IMG/VR virus record: IMGVR_UViG_3300042400_000444
Length of the DNA: 64,000 nt
Reading direction: 5' to 3' (one strand)
DNA from: a virus
Taxonomy: Duplodnaviria; Heunggongvirae; Uroviricota; Caudoviricetes
Position 1 is the first letter of the stretch. Each line of letters begins with the position of its first letter. A program made the translations under genes and the position numbers. Shown piece after piece: positions 34,870-44,657 of this stretch. Below the pieces are notes generated by a model. That model did not search any database and was not told the origin of the DNA. It saw only the letters and a list, made by a program, of their open reading frames with translations.

Positions 34870-35898
34870 ATGTCAAAAACCGTGCTGGTAACAGGTGGCG
34901 CAGGATTCATCGCACACCACGTTATCGAAAACTTACTTAAAAACACAGATTGGAATATCGTTAGCTTAGATCGTTTAGACTTTTCGGGTAACTTAAACCG
35001 ATTAGCTGATATGATGGAAGACTTTCCGTTAGAAACACGTAAACGTGTTAAGATTGTATTTCATGATTTACGTGCAGAAATTAATCCAATGGTAGCACGT
35101 GAGATTGGCGATGCAAACTTTGTATTACACTTGGCGGCAGGTTCGCATGTAGATCGCAGTATTGATTATCCAATGGAATTTGTAATGGATAACGTAGTCG
35201 GTACAGGTCACGCATTGCAATTTGCACGTACATTGCCTAACTTAGAACGCTTTATCTATTTCTCAACTGATGAAGTATTTGGTCCAGCACCGGCAGGAGT
35301 TAATTATAAAGAACGTGATAGATATAATTCAACTAATCCATATTCGGCAAGTAAAGCTGGCGGTGAAGAGCTAGCAGTTGCATTTGAAAACACATATGGC
35401 TTGCCAATTTACATTACCCATACTATGAATGTGTTTGGTGAAAGACAGCATCCTGAGAAGTTTATTCCTATGTGTATACGTAAAGTAAATGATGGTGACT
35501 CTATTACTATTCACAGCGATAGCACACGTACAATACCAGGCAGTCGTTATTACATACATGCCGCAGATGTTGCAGATGCAATGCACTTTTTATTAAACTT
35601 AGATCCTAGTAAGTTAACACGTGACTTTGGTGATGCAAAATGTCCTAAATTTAATTTAGTTGGTAAAGAAGAAATTGATAATTTAGCACTTGCTAAACTA
35701 ATTGCAGAAGCACAGGGTAAAGAGTTAAAATATGAAATGGTAGACTTCCACAGTGCTCGCCCAGGACACGACTTACGTTATGCATTGAGCGGCGACTATA
35801 TGCGTACACTTGGATGGGAACCGAAAGTTGTATTATCGGATCGTATCGGCGAAGTGGTGCAATGGACATTAGCTAATGAGAGATGGTTGAGATGCTAA
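34870..35898 (+). CDS. NAD-dependent sugar epimerase/dehydratase (dTDP-glucose 4,6-dehydratase-like)
   Basis: GGAGFIAHH Rossmann motif. YSASK catalytic YxxxK. Start refined to ATG 34870 (ORF from 34843). Confidence 0.7.
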   Translation: MSKTVLVTGGAGFIAHHVIENLLKNTDWNIVSLDRLDFSGNLNRLADMMEDFPLETRKRVKIVFHDLRAEINPMVAREIGDANFVLHLAAGSHVDRSIDYPMEFVMDNVVGTGHALQFARTLPNLERFIYFSTDEVFGPAPAGVNYKERDRYNSTNPYSASKAGGEELAVAFENTYGLPIYITHTMNVFGERQHPEKFIPMCIRKVNDGDSITIHSDSTRTIPGSRYYIHAADVADAMHFLLNLDPSKLTRDFGDAKCPKFNLVGKEEIDNLALAKLIAEAQGKELKYEMVDFHSARPGHDLRYALSGDYMRTLGWEPKVVLSDRIGEVVQWTLANERWLRC

Positions 35899-36638
35899 CT
35901 AAACACACTGTCTTAGTAACATCAGCAGTACATACTAACTATGGCATTTATGATGCTAAACAGCGCATACAACAAACGTTAGATACTGTTAAAAGCGCAA
36001 AGCAATATATACCGGGCTGTACTGTTATCTTAATCGACAATAGTACTACTGCAATTGCACAAGACGAGAGCAATGAACTGAATGAGTTAATTGACCTTGT
36101 TGATTATTACATTGATAACAGTGATGATAAAGACATACAACATTTCCATAATAATATTACTAATTACGATATTGGTAAGAATTCAATGGAGTGCATTGGT
36201 ATGTACAAAGCATTATCGTATATTGCTTCATCGGACATTGAAATGATGAATGCAATTGTAGATTCAACACGCATATTTAAACTTAGCGGCCGTTACCAAC
36301 TAACTGATAAGTTTGACATTACTAAGTTTGACAATGAAACAACAGTAGACAAATATGTGTTTAAGAAAGCACAACCAAGTTGGATTGCAACCGCAGACAC
36401 CGGAGTATCAACAATGTTACAGACTCGCCTGTGGTCGTTTACTCCGAGTTTGTATGTAGACACTATTCAACTATTTCAAAATATTCTTCAAAATATGTTT
36501 GCGACATTTAACATAGGAAAATATATTGATATTGAACATAGTATGGCTAAGTTCGTTCCACCTAGTAAACTAGTTGAACTTGATACGGTTGGCCTTCGAG
36601 GTAACATCGCACCAAACGGAATGGAAGTAATAGACTAA
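35883..36638 (+). CDS. hypothetical protein in sugar-modification cluster
   Basis: 251-aa ORF overlapping upstream stop. Confidence 0.45.
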   Translation: MVEMLTKHTVLVTSAVHTNYGIYDAKQRIQQTLDTVKSAKQYIPGCTVILIDNSTTAIAQDESNELNELIDLVDYYIDNSDDKDIQHFHNNITNYDIGKNSMECIGMYKALSYIASSDIEMMNAIVDSTRIFKLSGRYQLTDKFDITKFDNETTVDKYVFKKAQPSWIATADTGVSTMLQTRLWSFTPSLYVDTIQLFQNILQNMFATFNIGKYIDIEHSMAKFVPPSKLVELDTVGLRGNIAPNGMEVID

Positions 36639-37174
36639 TGTCACACCCACAACAATTATATTTTGTAAGTAGCATACGTGCAGTATTTCCTAAACAGTTT
36701 ACCAATAGTAAGATATTAGAAATTGGTAGTTTAAATATAAATGGTTCAGTACGCCAATTCTTTGATAACTGTGATTATACAGGCATAGATGTGGGCGCCG
36801 GCCGAGATGTCGATATTGTATGTGAAGGGCACGTGTATGATGCACCCGTGGAAACATTTGATACTGTTATATCATGCGAATGTTTTGAGCATAATCCGCA
36901 TTGGGCCGAAACATTTCTAAATATGATTAGACTATGTAAATCAGGCGGACTAATTGTAATGACCTGTGCTACCACTGGCAGAGCAGAGCACGGTACCACT
37001 CGTACTTCTCCTCTAGATAGTCCTTTGACTATTGGAAAAGGTTGGGAATATTATAAAAATCTAATCGAAGATGATTTCAATAATATTATTAATGCATCGG
37101 ACATATTTGCAAGTCATAACTATTCCGTAAATCCAGCATCACAAGATTTATATTTTTGGGGAATTAAGAAATAA
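36638..37174 (+). CDS. class I SAM-dependent methyltransferase
   Basis: ILEIGSLNINGS...GIDVGAG motif I/II region. ATGA-coupled. Confidence 0.55.
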   Translation: MSHPQQLYFVSSIRAVFPKQFTNSKILEIGSLNINGSVRQFFDNCDYTGIDVGAGRDVDIVCEGHVYDAPVETFDTVISCECFEHNPHWAETFLNMIRLCKSGGLIVMTCATTGRAEHGTTRTSPLDSPLTIGKGWEYYKNLIEDDFNNIINASDIFASHNYSVNPASQDLYFWGIKK

Positions 37175-37995
37175 TGAAAATATTTCAAATATATTACGAT
37201 CCTGCCCAAATACCATTATTGGATCCAGGATTCACTGCATATGACAATACATCAAACCTTCGCCCGGAATTGTGTGAATGGTATGTATGGGATAAGGAAC
37301 ATGAAAATATTGTCGCACAGGATTTGGACCATTGGGGATTTGTTAGCTGGCGATATAAAGAAAAGATGTTCCTGACTGGAAAGCAAACAACAGATTATAT
37401 TACAGCAAATCCCGGATACGATGTTTATTTGTTTAATCCTTTTCTAGTAAATGAAGCACTATTTGCAAATCCTTGGGAACAAGGAGATATCTACCATCCG
37501 AATCTAAGTCAAATAGCAGATTCGTTTATGGCTAAAAGTGGTTACAAAGACATTAACGTACGAGAGTTAGTAATAGACAGAAGACACACCGTTTTTGCTA
37601 CTTATGTGGTAGGAAATAGGGAGTTTTGGGATGGTTATATGGCATTTAGTCGCCGAATATTTACCGAAGCAGCAAGTGATGCTGAATTCCATAAACAAGT
37701 ATTTGCTCCGGGATCTGCTTTGTATGCGCATGATAAATCGTTGCCTATGTTTACATTTTTAAATGAACGATTAATATCGACTTATTTAGAATTATCCGGA
37801 CTATCGGTGCTAGCATATCATCACACTGATGAAACTATGCCAGCCAAGTATAAGCCTTATATTGCAGACATTGGTGCATTATCGGATTTAAAGGTATTAA
37901 TAAATGATTACGATAGTGAAGAATTGTATAATATATGGGATCATTATAGACTTGATCTACTTAAACGTATGCCGGGTATTTTAAATTTGTGGTAG
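37174..37995 (+). CDS. hypothetical protein in sugar-modification cluster
   Basis: 273-aa ORF, coupled to upstream gene. Confidence 0.45.
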   Translation: MKIFQIYYDPAQIPLLDPGFTAYDNTSNLRPELCEWYVWDKEHENIVAQDLDHWGFVSWRYKEKMFLTGKQTTDYITANPGYDVYLFNPFLVNEALFANPWEQGDIYHPNLSQIADSFMAKSGYKDINVRELVIDRRHTVFATYVVGNREFWDGYMAFSRRIFTEAASDAEFHKQVFAPGSALYAHDKSLPMFTFLNERLISTYLELSGLSVLAYHHTDETMPAKYKPYIADIGALSDLKVLINDYDSEELYNIWDHYRLDLLKRMPGILNLW

Positions 37996-38075
37996 TTATC
38001 CTATCCTGCATAAAGTAAAGTATATAGTAAACCACGGAAGAAATGGACTATATATAATACACAAGGAGGATTCTT

Positions 38076-38291
38076 ATGCGAAAGCCACAGGAAGCCACAT
38101 TGCAACAAGCAACGCCTGCACTAAGTTATTATTGTGCGGGAAGAAAGTGTAAGATAAGTACTACGTGCCACAGACACACAGCAAGTTTAGAAGTTGTAGA
38201 ACCCAGATGTAGTGATTATGATCTACTGATGATTCAAGAACAACCAGCTACTTGCAAATTTTTAACATTTCAAAGAAAGTCATCAACTTAG
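38076..38291 (+). CDS. hypothetical small Cys-containing protein
   Basis: Strong RBS ACAAGGAGGATTCTTATG. Confidence 0.4.
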   Translation: MRKPQEATLQQATPALSYYCAGRKCKISTTCHRHTASLEVVEPRCSDYDLLMIQEQPATCKFLTFQRKSST

Positions 38292-38339
38292 TAACACGTC
38301 TGTAAGAAATACGCAATAACTTAATAGGAGGTATCTACT

Positions 38340-38846
38340 ATGAGCAGTTTCATCTACTCAAAAATAGCATTCATGGCCATTATGTCATTAGTTATAATTA
38401 CTGCCAACGCAGAAGAAGTATCCGCATCAACGCAAAAACAATTAAATTGTTTAGCACAAAACATTTACCACGAAGCTGGAAGCGAAAGTTTCGACGGCAA
38501 AGTAGCAGTAGCTCAAGTAACAATTAATAGAGCTAACAGTGGTAATTTCCCATCAACTATATGCGGGGTTGTAAATCAAAAAACTCAAGTAGCAGATAAG
38601 ACTATATGTCAATTCTCATGGGTGTGTGACCCGTTAGCAAAAGGTCGTCGAATATATTCTAAAGCATGGCTGGATAGTCAAGAAATTGCACACAGCGTAT
38701 TACTTGATGGACTTAGATTAGAATCACTTGGCACTAAGGCATTGTACTTTCATAATGCTAAAGTGCGTCCGAAGTGGGGTCTTGCTAAAATAGATCGCAT
38801 TGGCGGACACACGTTTTACAGTGGAGACAAAGTCGCTGTAAGATAA
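38340..38846 (+). CDS. secreted cell-wall hydrolase, SleB/Hydrolase_2 family
   Basis: Signal peptide. LAQNIYHEAGSE, VAQVTINRAN, ICQFSW motifs. Confidence 0.55.
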   Translation: MSSFIYSKIAFMAIMSLVIITANAEEVSASTQKQLNCLAQNIYHEAGSESFDGKVAVAQVTINRANSGNFPSTICGVVNQKTQVADKTICQFSWVCDPLAKGRRIYSKAWLDSQEIAHSVLLDGLRLESLGTKALYFHNAKVRPKWGLAKIDRIGGHTFYSGDKVAVR

Positions 38847-38849
38847 CGC

Positions 38850-38878
38850 TTGACACCTTCACTAATTTCAGTTATACT
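38850..38878 (+). promoter_or_regulatory. sigma70-type promoter
   Basis: TTGACA-N17-TATACT. Confidence 0.45.
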
Positions 38879-38901
38879 ATGTTTTTAGTGAAAGGTTCTG
38901 T

Positions 38902-39387
38902 ATGAAAATAGGTTTTAGTTTTGGTCGGTGTCTTAAAGATTTAGTTAACGGTACAGTTAAACTTGAAGATGTTATGTGCATCATTGCACGTACACATATG
39001 ATTACGGAAGAACACGTTAAAAATGTAATTACTGAATATACCCATAGACGTGATTACTTAATGGGATTAGACCCAGCAGAATGTGAACGCATTGGACTTG
39101 AACTTTGGAAGTCCGGTAAAGTACTCGAGCCACGTGCTAACGGTATTAGTGCAAGCTCAGTGCCGCGTGATTACATTTGGATGGACTTATACCCAACAGA
39201 AGCAGACGTTACAAGTGATGGTGTTAAAGAAGCATGGGAAGCATATCGTCTTATGATTGCGCTTACTGAACAACTACCCGAACCAAATGAGCAAGTGTAT
39301 CAGCACAGTTCAAAGTTTGTAAGCGAAAATGAGCGTGGCACCTTTGATGATATTGACCCCGCTATACTTGCGGCATTAATTACATAA
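38902..39387 (+). CDS. hypothetical protein
   Basis: 161-aa ORF downstream of a promoter. Confidence 0.45.
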   Translation: MKIGFSFGRCLKDLVNGTVKLEDVMCIIARTHMITEEHVKNVITEYTHRRDYLMGLDPAECERIGLELWKSGKVLEPRANGISASSVPRDYIWMDLYPTEADVTSDGVKEAWEAYRLMIALTEQLPEPNEQVYQHSSKFVSENERGTFDDIDPAILAALIT

Positions 39388-39643
39388 TCAACTAAATATT
39401 TACATGGTGACAAAATTGCCATGTAAATTAACTAAGGGACACACAATGTCAACGACAACAGCACAATTAGCAAATGATGTATTGGCACTTGCTAAACATC
39501 AACTATCTGCGTACCAAAGAGAAACACTAACCCTTGTACCAACTGATACTAAGACCGAAGCTGAAATAGTTCGACGCTTAATCGAGTGCTCTGACTGCGA
39601 GTAAAAATAATTTACACAGTAGTAATTACTGATAATTAGATGT

Positions 39644-40378
39644 ATGTCATATAAAACTAAACATTTGCTATTAATTATAGTCAGCGCAATATTGGCGCTA
39701 ACCTTGCCGTTCTATATTCATATCGCATGGTATGCTCCGCTGATTATTTTTGCGATATGCAATTTAACTAAAGGAATCGGAAGTGAAGTTGGTGCTCATC
39801 GATTATGGACACATAAAAGTTTTAAGACAAGTCCGTTATATGAACGCATAATAATATTATTAAACACATTATCTGGCGAAGGTAGTATTGTTGCGTTTGT
39901 TGGAATTCATCGTGCGCACCATGCACATTCTGATACAGCTCGAGACCCGCACAATCCTCATACTAATTTTTGGGGCACTATATTTTATCAACACAATATC
40001 GAATCGTTTAGCCCACGTTCCATTGTTGATGTAATACGCGATCCATTGTTGGCATTTCAACACCGTCATTATTTTAGAATACAGGCAGTTATCTTAATAA
40101 CGCTTGCATTGATTTCTCCGCTTGCACTTTGGTATTATGCAGTTAATGTGTGGATGACCCTTTGGATTAATTTTTTAGTTAATGTAGTTTGTCATATGTA
40201 CGGGCCAGCAGATAACAAAATGCCGGATACTAGTACAAATAATTTTTGGGCTGGCTTCTTTTTACTTGGCGCGAACCTACATAATAATCATCATGCTCGT
40301 CCGAGCGAATATGATAATGCCTGGGGCAACTATAAGTTTGATATATGGGGCAATATCATCAGACTAATCAAAAGTTAA
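39644..40378 (+). CDS. acyl-CoA/acyl-lipid delta-9-type fatty-acid desaturase, paralogue 2
   Basis: Canonical SCD His boxes HRLWTH, HRAHHAHSD, HNNHH. Hydrophobic TM segments. Confidence 0.7.
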   Translation: MSYKTKHLLLIIVSAILALTLPFYIHIAWYAPLIIFAICNLTKGIGSEVGAHRLWTHKSFKTSPLYERIIILLNTLSGEGSIVAFVGIHRAHHAHSDTARDPHNPHTNFWGTIFYQHNIESFSPRSIVDVIRDPLLAFQHRHYFRIQAVILITLALISPLALWYYAVNVWMTLWINFLVNVVCHMYGPADNKMPDTSTNNFWAGFFLLGANLHNNHHARPSEYDNAWGNYKFDIWGNIIRLIKS

Positions 40379-40385
40379 ATAACGG

Positions 40386-40414
40386 TTGACTTTTTGGTAA
40401 AGTGACTGTATAAT
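40386..40414 (+). promoter_or_regulatory. sigma70-type promoter (extended GGTTGACTTTTTGGTAAA family)
   Basis: GGTTGACTTTTTGGTAAAGTGACTGTATAAT. Confidence 0.55.
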
Positions 40415-40446
40415 GCTATACATACACTAACAACAAGGAGCAACAA

Positions 40447-40734
40447 ATGAAAAACTTAGCACTGTACATCGATCAGAAAAATGCTTGGGCTTCTATTTTT
40501 GGCAACCCAACTTTTGATATCAATAACTTATCAGAACGTGATTGTCAAAACCTGTATGATAGTTTAGATAATGATTTATCCCCAGAGAACTTAACCTGCG
40601 ACGGTGAAATGAGCGGTGCAAACATTCGCGGCCGCGCACGTTTATTGAACTCAGCGGCAAAAGAGTTAGTCACAATTATTCGTGCTAACAACTATACAAT
40701 TCCATACTCAGACTTCCGCGAACTTAAATTTTAG
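40447..40734 (+). CDS. hypothetical protein
   Basis: RBS AACAAGGAGCAACAAATG. 95 aa. Confidence 0.45.
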   Translation: MKNLALYIDQKNAWASIFGNPTFDINNLSERDCQNLYDSLDNDLSPENLTCDGEMSGANIRGRARLLNSAAKELVTIIRANNYTIPYSDFRELKF

Positions 40735-40820
40735 TTGACTTTGATTCAAAAGGCATATATACTTGTGTTAGTAACGAAATAGAAGTAGTTACTAATAAAC
40801 ACACACACAGGAGTAATATT

Positions 40821-41081
40821 ATGTCATTTGAAACACCAGAAGTAAAATTTAACAAAAACGGTTACGAAATTCGTACCAACATCTTAGATATGGCCAAAGG
40901 ACTTGTTAGCGAAGAATTCCACGCTAAGTTCGCCGGTTGGGAAATGTCAGCAGAACGCGATGAGAAAACTGGTCAAGTTGTTACCAAAGTAGCAATGCCA
41001 GAATTTCCAGGACTTGATAAAGTTTTAGAAACTGCTGAAAAGATGTATGCGTTTGTGAATCAAGGCAACACTCGTAAGTAA
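40821..41081 (+). CDS. hypothetical protein
   Basis: RBS CACAGGAGTAATATTATG. 86 aa. Confidence 0.45.
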   Translation: MSFETPEVKFNKNGYEIRTNILDMAKGLVSEEFHAKFAGWEMSAERDEKTGQVVTKVAMPEFPGLDKVLETAEKMYAFVNQGNTRK

Positions 41082-41094
41082 TTTATTACTAACG

Positions 41095-41120
41095 AAAAGG
41101 CTCTTCGGAGCCTTTTATTG
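41095..41120 (+). terminator. rho-independent terminator
   Basis: AAAAGGCTCTTCGGAGCCTTTTATTG. Confidence 0.65.
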
Positions 41121-41194
41121 TGACTAAATTTCGGTTGACTTTTTGGTAAAAGAGCGTATAATAGCACTTATACACTAAAGCAACGGAGAACAAG

Positions 41195-41626
41195 ATGGCT
41201 TACACATTTGATGAAAACTTAGTTAGCGATTTGCACAAAGATGCACGTGGTTCACGTCCAAGTGAATCATTTTACGAAATTTGGAACAGTGGTTCTGACT
41301 TTGATAAACAGTGTATATGGAACAATCTGCTTACACAACTTGATGTTGCTATCGATGAAGAACAAACTCGTGAACAATCGGCAATTGCTAGCTTTGAAAA
41401 GCATATTGCTTCGTTAGAGTCAATTAGCAACTCACGTGAACAATCTATTAGATGGATTGTTGAAGGCTTAGGTCTTACTGAATCAGACAAACTATATGGT
41501 AGTGATTACATTTGCTACAAATTGGGTCTACCATACAGTTACGCTACGCAATTTGATCTAGCATTTGTTCGTAATGATGCAGACATATATGCGGATTTAG
41601 ATGCTATTGCATACGGTCAGAAATAG
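41195..41626 (+). CDS. hypothetical protein
   Basis: RBS AACGGAGAACAAGATG. 143 aa. Preceded by a GGTTGAC-type promoter. Confidence 0.45.
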   Translation: MAYTFDENLVSDLHKDARGSRPSESFYEIWNSGSDFDKQCIWNNLLTQLDVAIDEEQTREQSAIASFEKHIASLESISNSREQSIRWIVEGLGLTESDKLYGSDYICYKLGLPYSYATQFDLAFVRNDADIYADLDAIAYGQK

Positions 41627-41689
41627 GTTGACATTTTGGTAAAATGACTGTATAATGTTATACATACACTAACAACACAGGAGTAACAA

Positions 41690-41941
41690 ATGAGTAAAAA
41701 TGATGCAGTACGCGAATTTATTAAAGCAGTGGTGGTGTTCCGCAAAGCACAAGGTCAGACGGTTATCCCACGCAAGGTAATTTTTGAAGCATTGAACCGT
41801 GAAGATCCCCGTGACGAATATGGTAGTGGCCCTATAGGTGCCGACCTTACTGTAGAATTGATGGAAAGCATTGCTACAGAGTTGGGCGGCATTTATACCA
41901 AAGATGCCAATGGTCGTAATGCACGATTTGAATTTGTTTAA
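41690..41941 (+). CDS. hypothetical protein
   Basis: RBS ACAGGAGTAACAAATG. 83 aa. Preceded by a GGTTGAC-type promoter. Confidence 0.45.
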   Translation: MSKNDAVREFIKAVVVFRKAQGQTVIPRKVIFEALNREDPRDEYGSGPIGADLTVELMESIATELGGIYTKDANGRNARFEFV

Positions 41942-42063
41942 AAGTAGTTGACAACAAGTCAATTTGGTGTTATAATGTTTGTGTAGTATAAGTAGTAACT
42001 TTTATATCCTGGCTTACTTAACCATATTGGTCATATAGCCGCAAAATTTAGGAGAAATATGTA

Positions 42064-42489
42064 ATGACAATTAAAAACGTTTTAAACGCAAATAAACTAC
42101 ACATTAAGTGGAAAAATGAAGGTACTAAAAAGGTACTTAAATTTAATAAAGCCAATGGCACAAATTGGATACATGATGCAGGTTTGGTAGGAGACATCAT
42201 CGATGACCTTTCTATAGAAGACCAACAAAGTCTTCTTTCGGCATCATCAATAAACCTGCTTAAAGAAGAAGTGCATTCGATTAAAAAAGATTCCGACTCG
42301 GATGCAACTTCTTATTCTTCTGTATATACATACGTAGGTAATATCTTAGGGAAGAAATTTGGTGATGACGCTGTTAGTCTAGATAATAAGTTAGGGTTTC
42401 GGGCTATTAAAAATTCTAGAGAGATCAAAGATTATGCCAGAGATTTAATGAAAATCACTGTTGATCGATTAGTTCTCAAAGGTCGTTAA
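42064..42489 (+). CDS. hypothetical protein
   Basis: RBS TAGGAGAAATATGTAATG. 141 aa. Confidence 0.4.
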   Translation: MTIKNVLNANKLHIKWKNEGTKKVLKFNKANGTNWIHDAGLVGDIIDDLSIEDQQSLLSASSINLLKEEVHSIKKDSDSDATSYSSVYTYVGNILGKKFGDDAVSLDNKLGFRAIKNSREIKDYARDLMKITVDRLVLKGR

Positions 42490-42589
42490 AATCAACATAC
42501 CGGTTGACAAACCAAAAAAATGACTGTATAATAGCTACATAATAAGAAAACAGATAACTGTTTCAATTATAACCAATAAGGAGCATTAA

Positions 42590-43612
42590 ATGACTGGTTT
42601 TGTTAAAATTAAAAGTGGTACTTACAGAAACGCTAAAGTGGAAAACGAAGTATTTCCGTTAGTAAAACATTATACTGTTGGTGCTAAAGGCGGTTTCCTT
42701 ACTGTTGATGGTACAGGACAGTTTGGTAAAGATAAAGTACGTGTGTTAGTAGATAACGTTACAGACTTTGAGTTTGTACACGCTGATGAATACACAGGTG
42801 TTGTAAACAAAGCAGAACGTGCAGTTGTTTCAACTGTAACAGATGAACAACGTATTTCTGAAATTGCAGAACGTTTTGAAATCTTAGATGAAATGACTAA
42901 AGCAACATTGAACGGTGACATCCGTGCAATGATTGTAAGTGGCCCTCCGGGTGTTGGTAAGTCTTTTACAGTTGAACGTGAACTTGAGCGTTCTGCACTG
43001 TTTGATCAAATTAGTGGACGTCGTGTAAAAAGTACTATTGTTAAAGGTAGTGCAACAGCTATTGGCTTATACAAAACATTGTATGAGTTTAGTGATAGCA
43101 ACTGCGTAATTGTATTTGATGACTGTGATAGCATCTTGTTTGATGACGTGTGTTTGAACTTGCTTAAAGGTGCGTTGGACAGTGGTAAAAATCGTAAGAT
43201 TAGCTGGTTAGCTGAAAGCCGTGCATTAAAAAATGAAGGCATTCCCAATAGCTTTACATTTCACGGTAGTGTAATTTTTATTACAAACTTGAAATTTGAT
43301 CAAGTACGTAGTCAAAAGATGAAAGATCACTTGGAAGCATTGCAATCACGTTGTCACTACTTAGATTTGACACTTGACACAATGCGTGATAAGATTTTGC
43401 GTATTAAGCAAATTGCTGATACTGGTGTATTGTTTGCAGACTACGATTTTGAACAATGCGCACAAGATGAGATTATTGACTTCTTGAACGTAAACAAAAA
43501 CAAAATGCGTGAAATGAGTTTGCGTATGGCAATTAAAGTAGCAGAGCTACGTAAGAGCTTTCCACTTAAATGGCAGGCACTTGCTTCAACAACTTGTATG
43601 AAAGCTAACTAG
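42590..43612 (+). CDS. AAA+ ATPase, clamp-loader (gp44/RFC)-like
   Basis: Walker A SGPPGVGKS. Walker B VIVFDDCD. LQSRC sensor motif typical of clamp-loader subunits. ~100-aa N-terminal extension. Confidence 0.55.
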   Translation: MTGFVKIKSGTYRNAKVENEVFPLVKHYTVGAKGGFLTVDGTGQFGKDKVRVLVDNVTDFEFVHADEYTGVVNKAERAVVSTVTDEQRISEIAERFEILDEMTKATLNGDIRAMIVSGPPGVGKSFTVERELERSALFDQISGRRVKSTIVKGSATAIGLYKTLYEFSDSNCVIVFDDCDSILFDDVCLNLLKGALDSGKNRKISWLAESRALKNEGIPNSFTFHGSVIFITNLKFDQVRSQKMKDHLEALQSRCHYLDLTLDTMRDKILRIKQIADTGVLFADYDFEQCAQDEIIDFLNVNKNKMREMSLRMAIKVAELRKSFPLKWQALASTTCMKAN

Positions 43613-43620
43613 GAGGCAGT

Positions 43621-43800
43621 ATGAGATTTTTAATAATCCCATTTATAGTATTTTTAATCAGTTTTGTTGTGTTGCGAACCAGCAACCGTTGGAGCACAAA
43701 AACTAACTGGAAACGTATCGGTCTGGAATTAGGAGTAAGTGCATTGGCATTTCTTTTAGCAACAGGCATCATTACAACAATCGTAGTATTTTTTGATTAA
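43621..43800 (+). CDS. small membrane protein (59 aa, two predicted TM helices)
   Basis: Strong RBS CTAGGAGGCAGTATG. Hydrophobic. Confidence 0.45.
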   Translation: MRFLIIPFIVFLISFVVLRTSNRWSTKTNWKRIGLELGVSALAFLLATGIITTIVVFFD

Positions 43801-43809
43801 GGAAACAAA

Positions 43810-44598
43810 GTGAAAAAAATTATCTTAGCATTAGTAGCAGTTGGTATCGTTAGTTCATTTGGTTGCACACGTGTTGAAACTGGACACGTGGGTATTCGAA
43901 CATCGTTCAATGGTGAGATTGAACCAACCGAACTTGGTGTAGGTTTCCACCAAACATTAATTGGTTCTGTGCATACATACGTGGCCAATGAAATCACTTG
44001 GAAGATTGATAACCTAACACCCCAAACCAAAGACCGTAGTCAGTTAGAAGACTTGGACTTAGCATACACGTATTCTATTAACCCATCATCAATTGGTGAC
44101 TTGGTTGTTAAGTACAAAGGTCGAGATGCCGAAGCTCCAAATGGCGAGCGTTATCCATTAGCATTGTATGTAGAAAACGTAGTTAAAACTGCAACTACAG
44201 ATGTTATCAGTAAGTATGATGCTTTAGAAGCAAATGAAAAGCGTGAAGAAATTCGTAATGCAATTCGTAAGCAAGCAGAAGCTATGTTTAAAGAAGATGG
44301 CTTAGCAGAGGCAGTAAACATTCACCAAGTGTTTGTAAAGAACTTACAACTAAGCAAAGCAATTATGGCTAGTGCTAACGCTGTGATTATTTCACAAAAC
44401 GAATTAAAGACTAAAGGGTATGAAGTTGATACTGCACGTAAAGAAGCCGAACGTTTAACCTTTTTATCAAATAACAAAAGTAACATTGACTACATGAACG
44501 CTAAGTCATTGAGCGACATTGCAGAAGGTGTTAAGACTGGTAAGGTGAATACAATTGTTGTTCCATTCGACTTTAAAGGTATTGTGAACGTAAAGTAG
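43810..44598 (+). CDS. SPFH/band-7 (prohibitin/stomatin-like) domain lipoprotein
   Basis: Lipobox-like signal ...IVSSFGC. ETGHVGIRTSFNGEI start of SPFH domain. Coiled-coil C-terminal region. Confidence 0.55.
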   Translation: MKKIILALVAVGIVSSFGCTRVETGHVGIRTSFNGEIEPTELGVGFHQTLIGSVHTYVANEITWKIDNLTPQTKDRSQLEDLDLAYTYSINPSSIGDLVVKYKGRDAEAPNGERYPLALYVENVVKTATTDVISKYDALEANEKREEIRNAIRKQAEAMFKEDGLAEAVNIHQVFVKNLQLSKAIMASANAVIISQNELKTKGYEVDTARKEAERLTFLSNNKSNIDYMNAKSLSDIAEGVKTGKVNTIVVPFDFKGIVNVK

Positions 44599-44657
44599 TA
44601 AATAGTTTTACGTTACACCGCTCAGTCATGCTCCTGGTGTAACGTCCTCGAAGCTCA

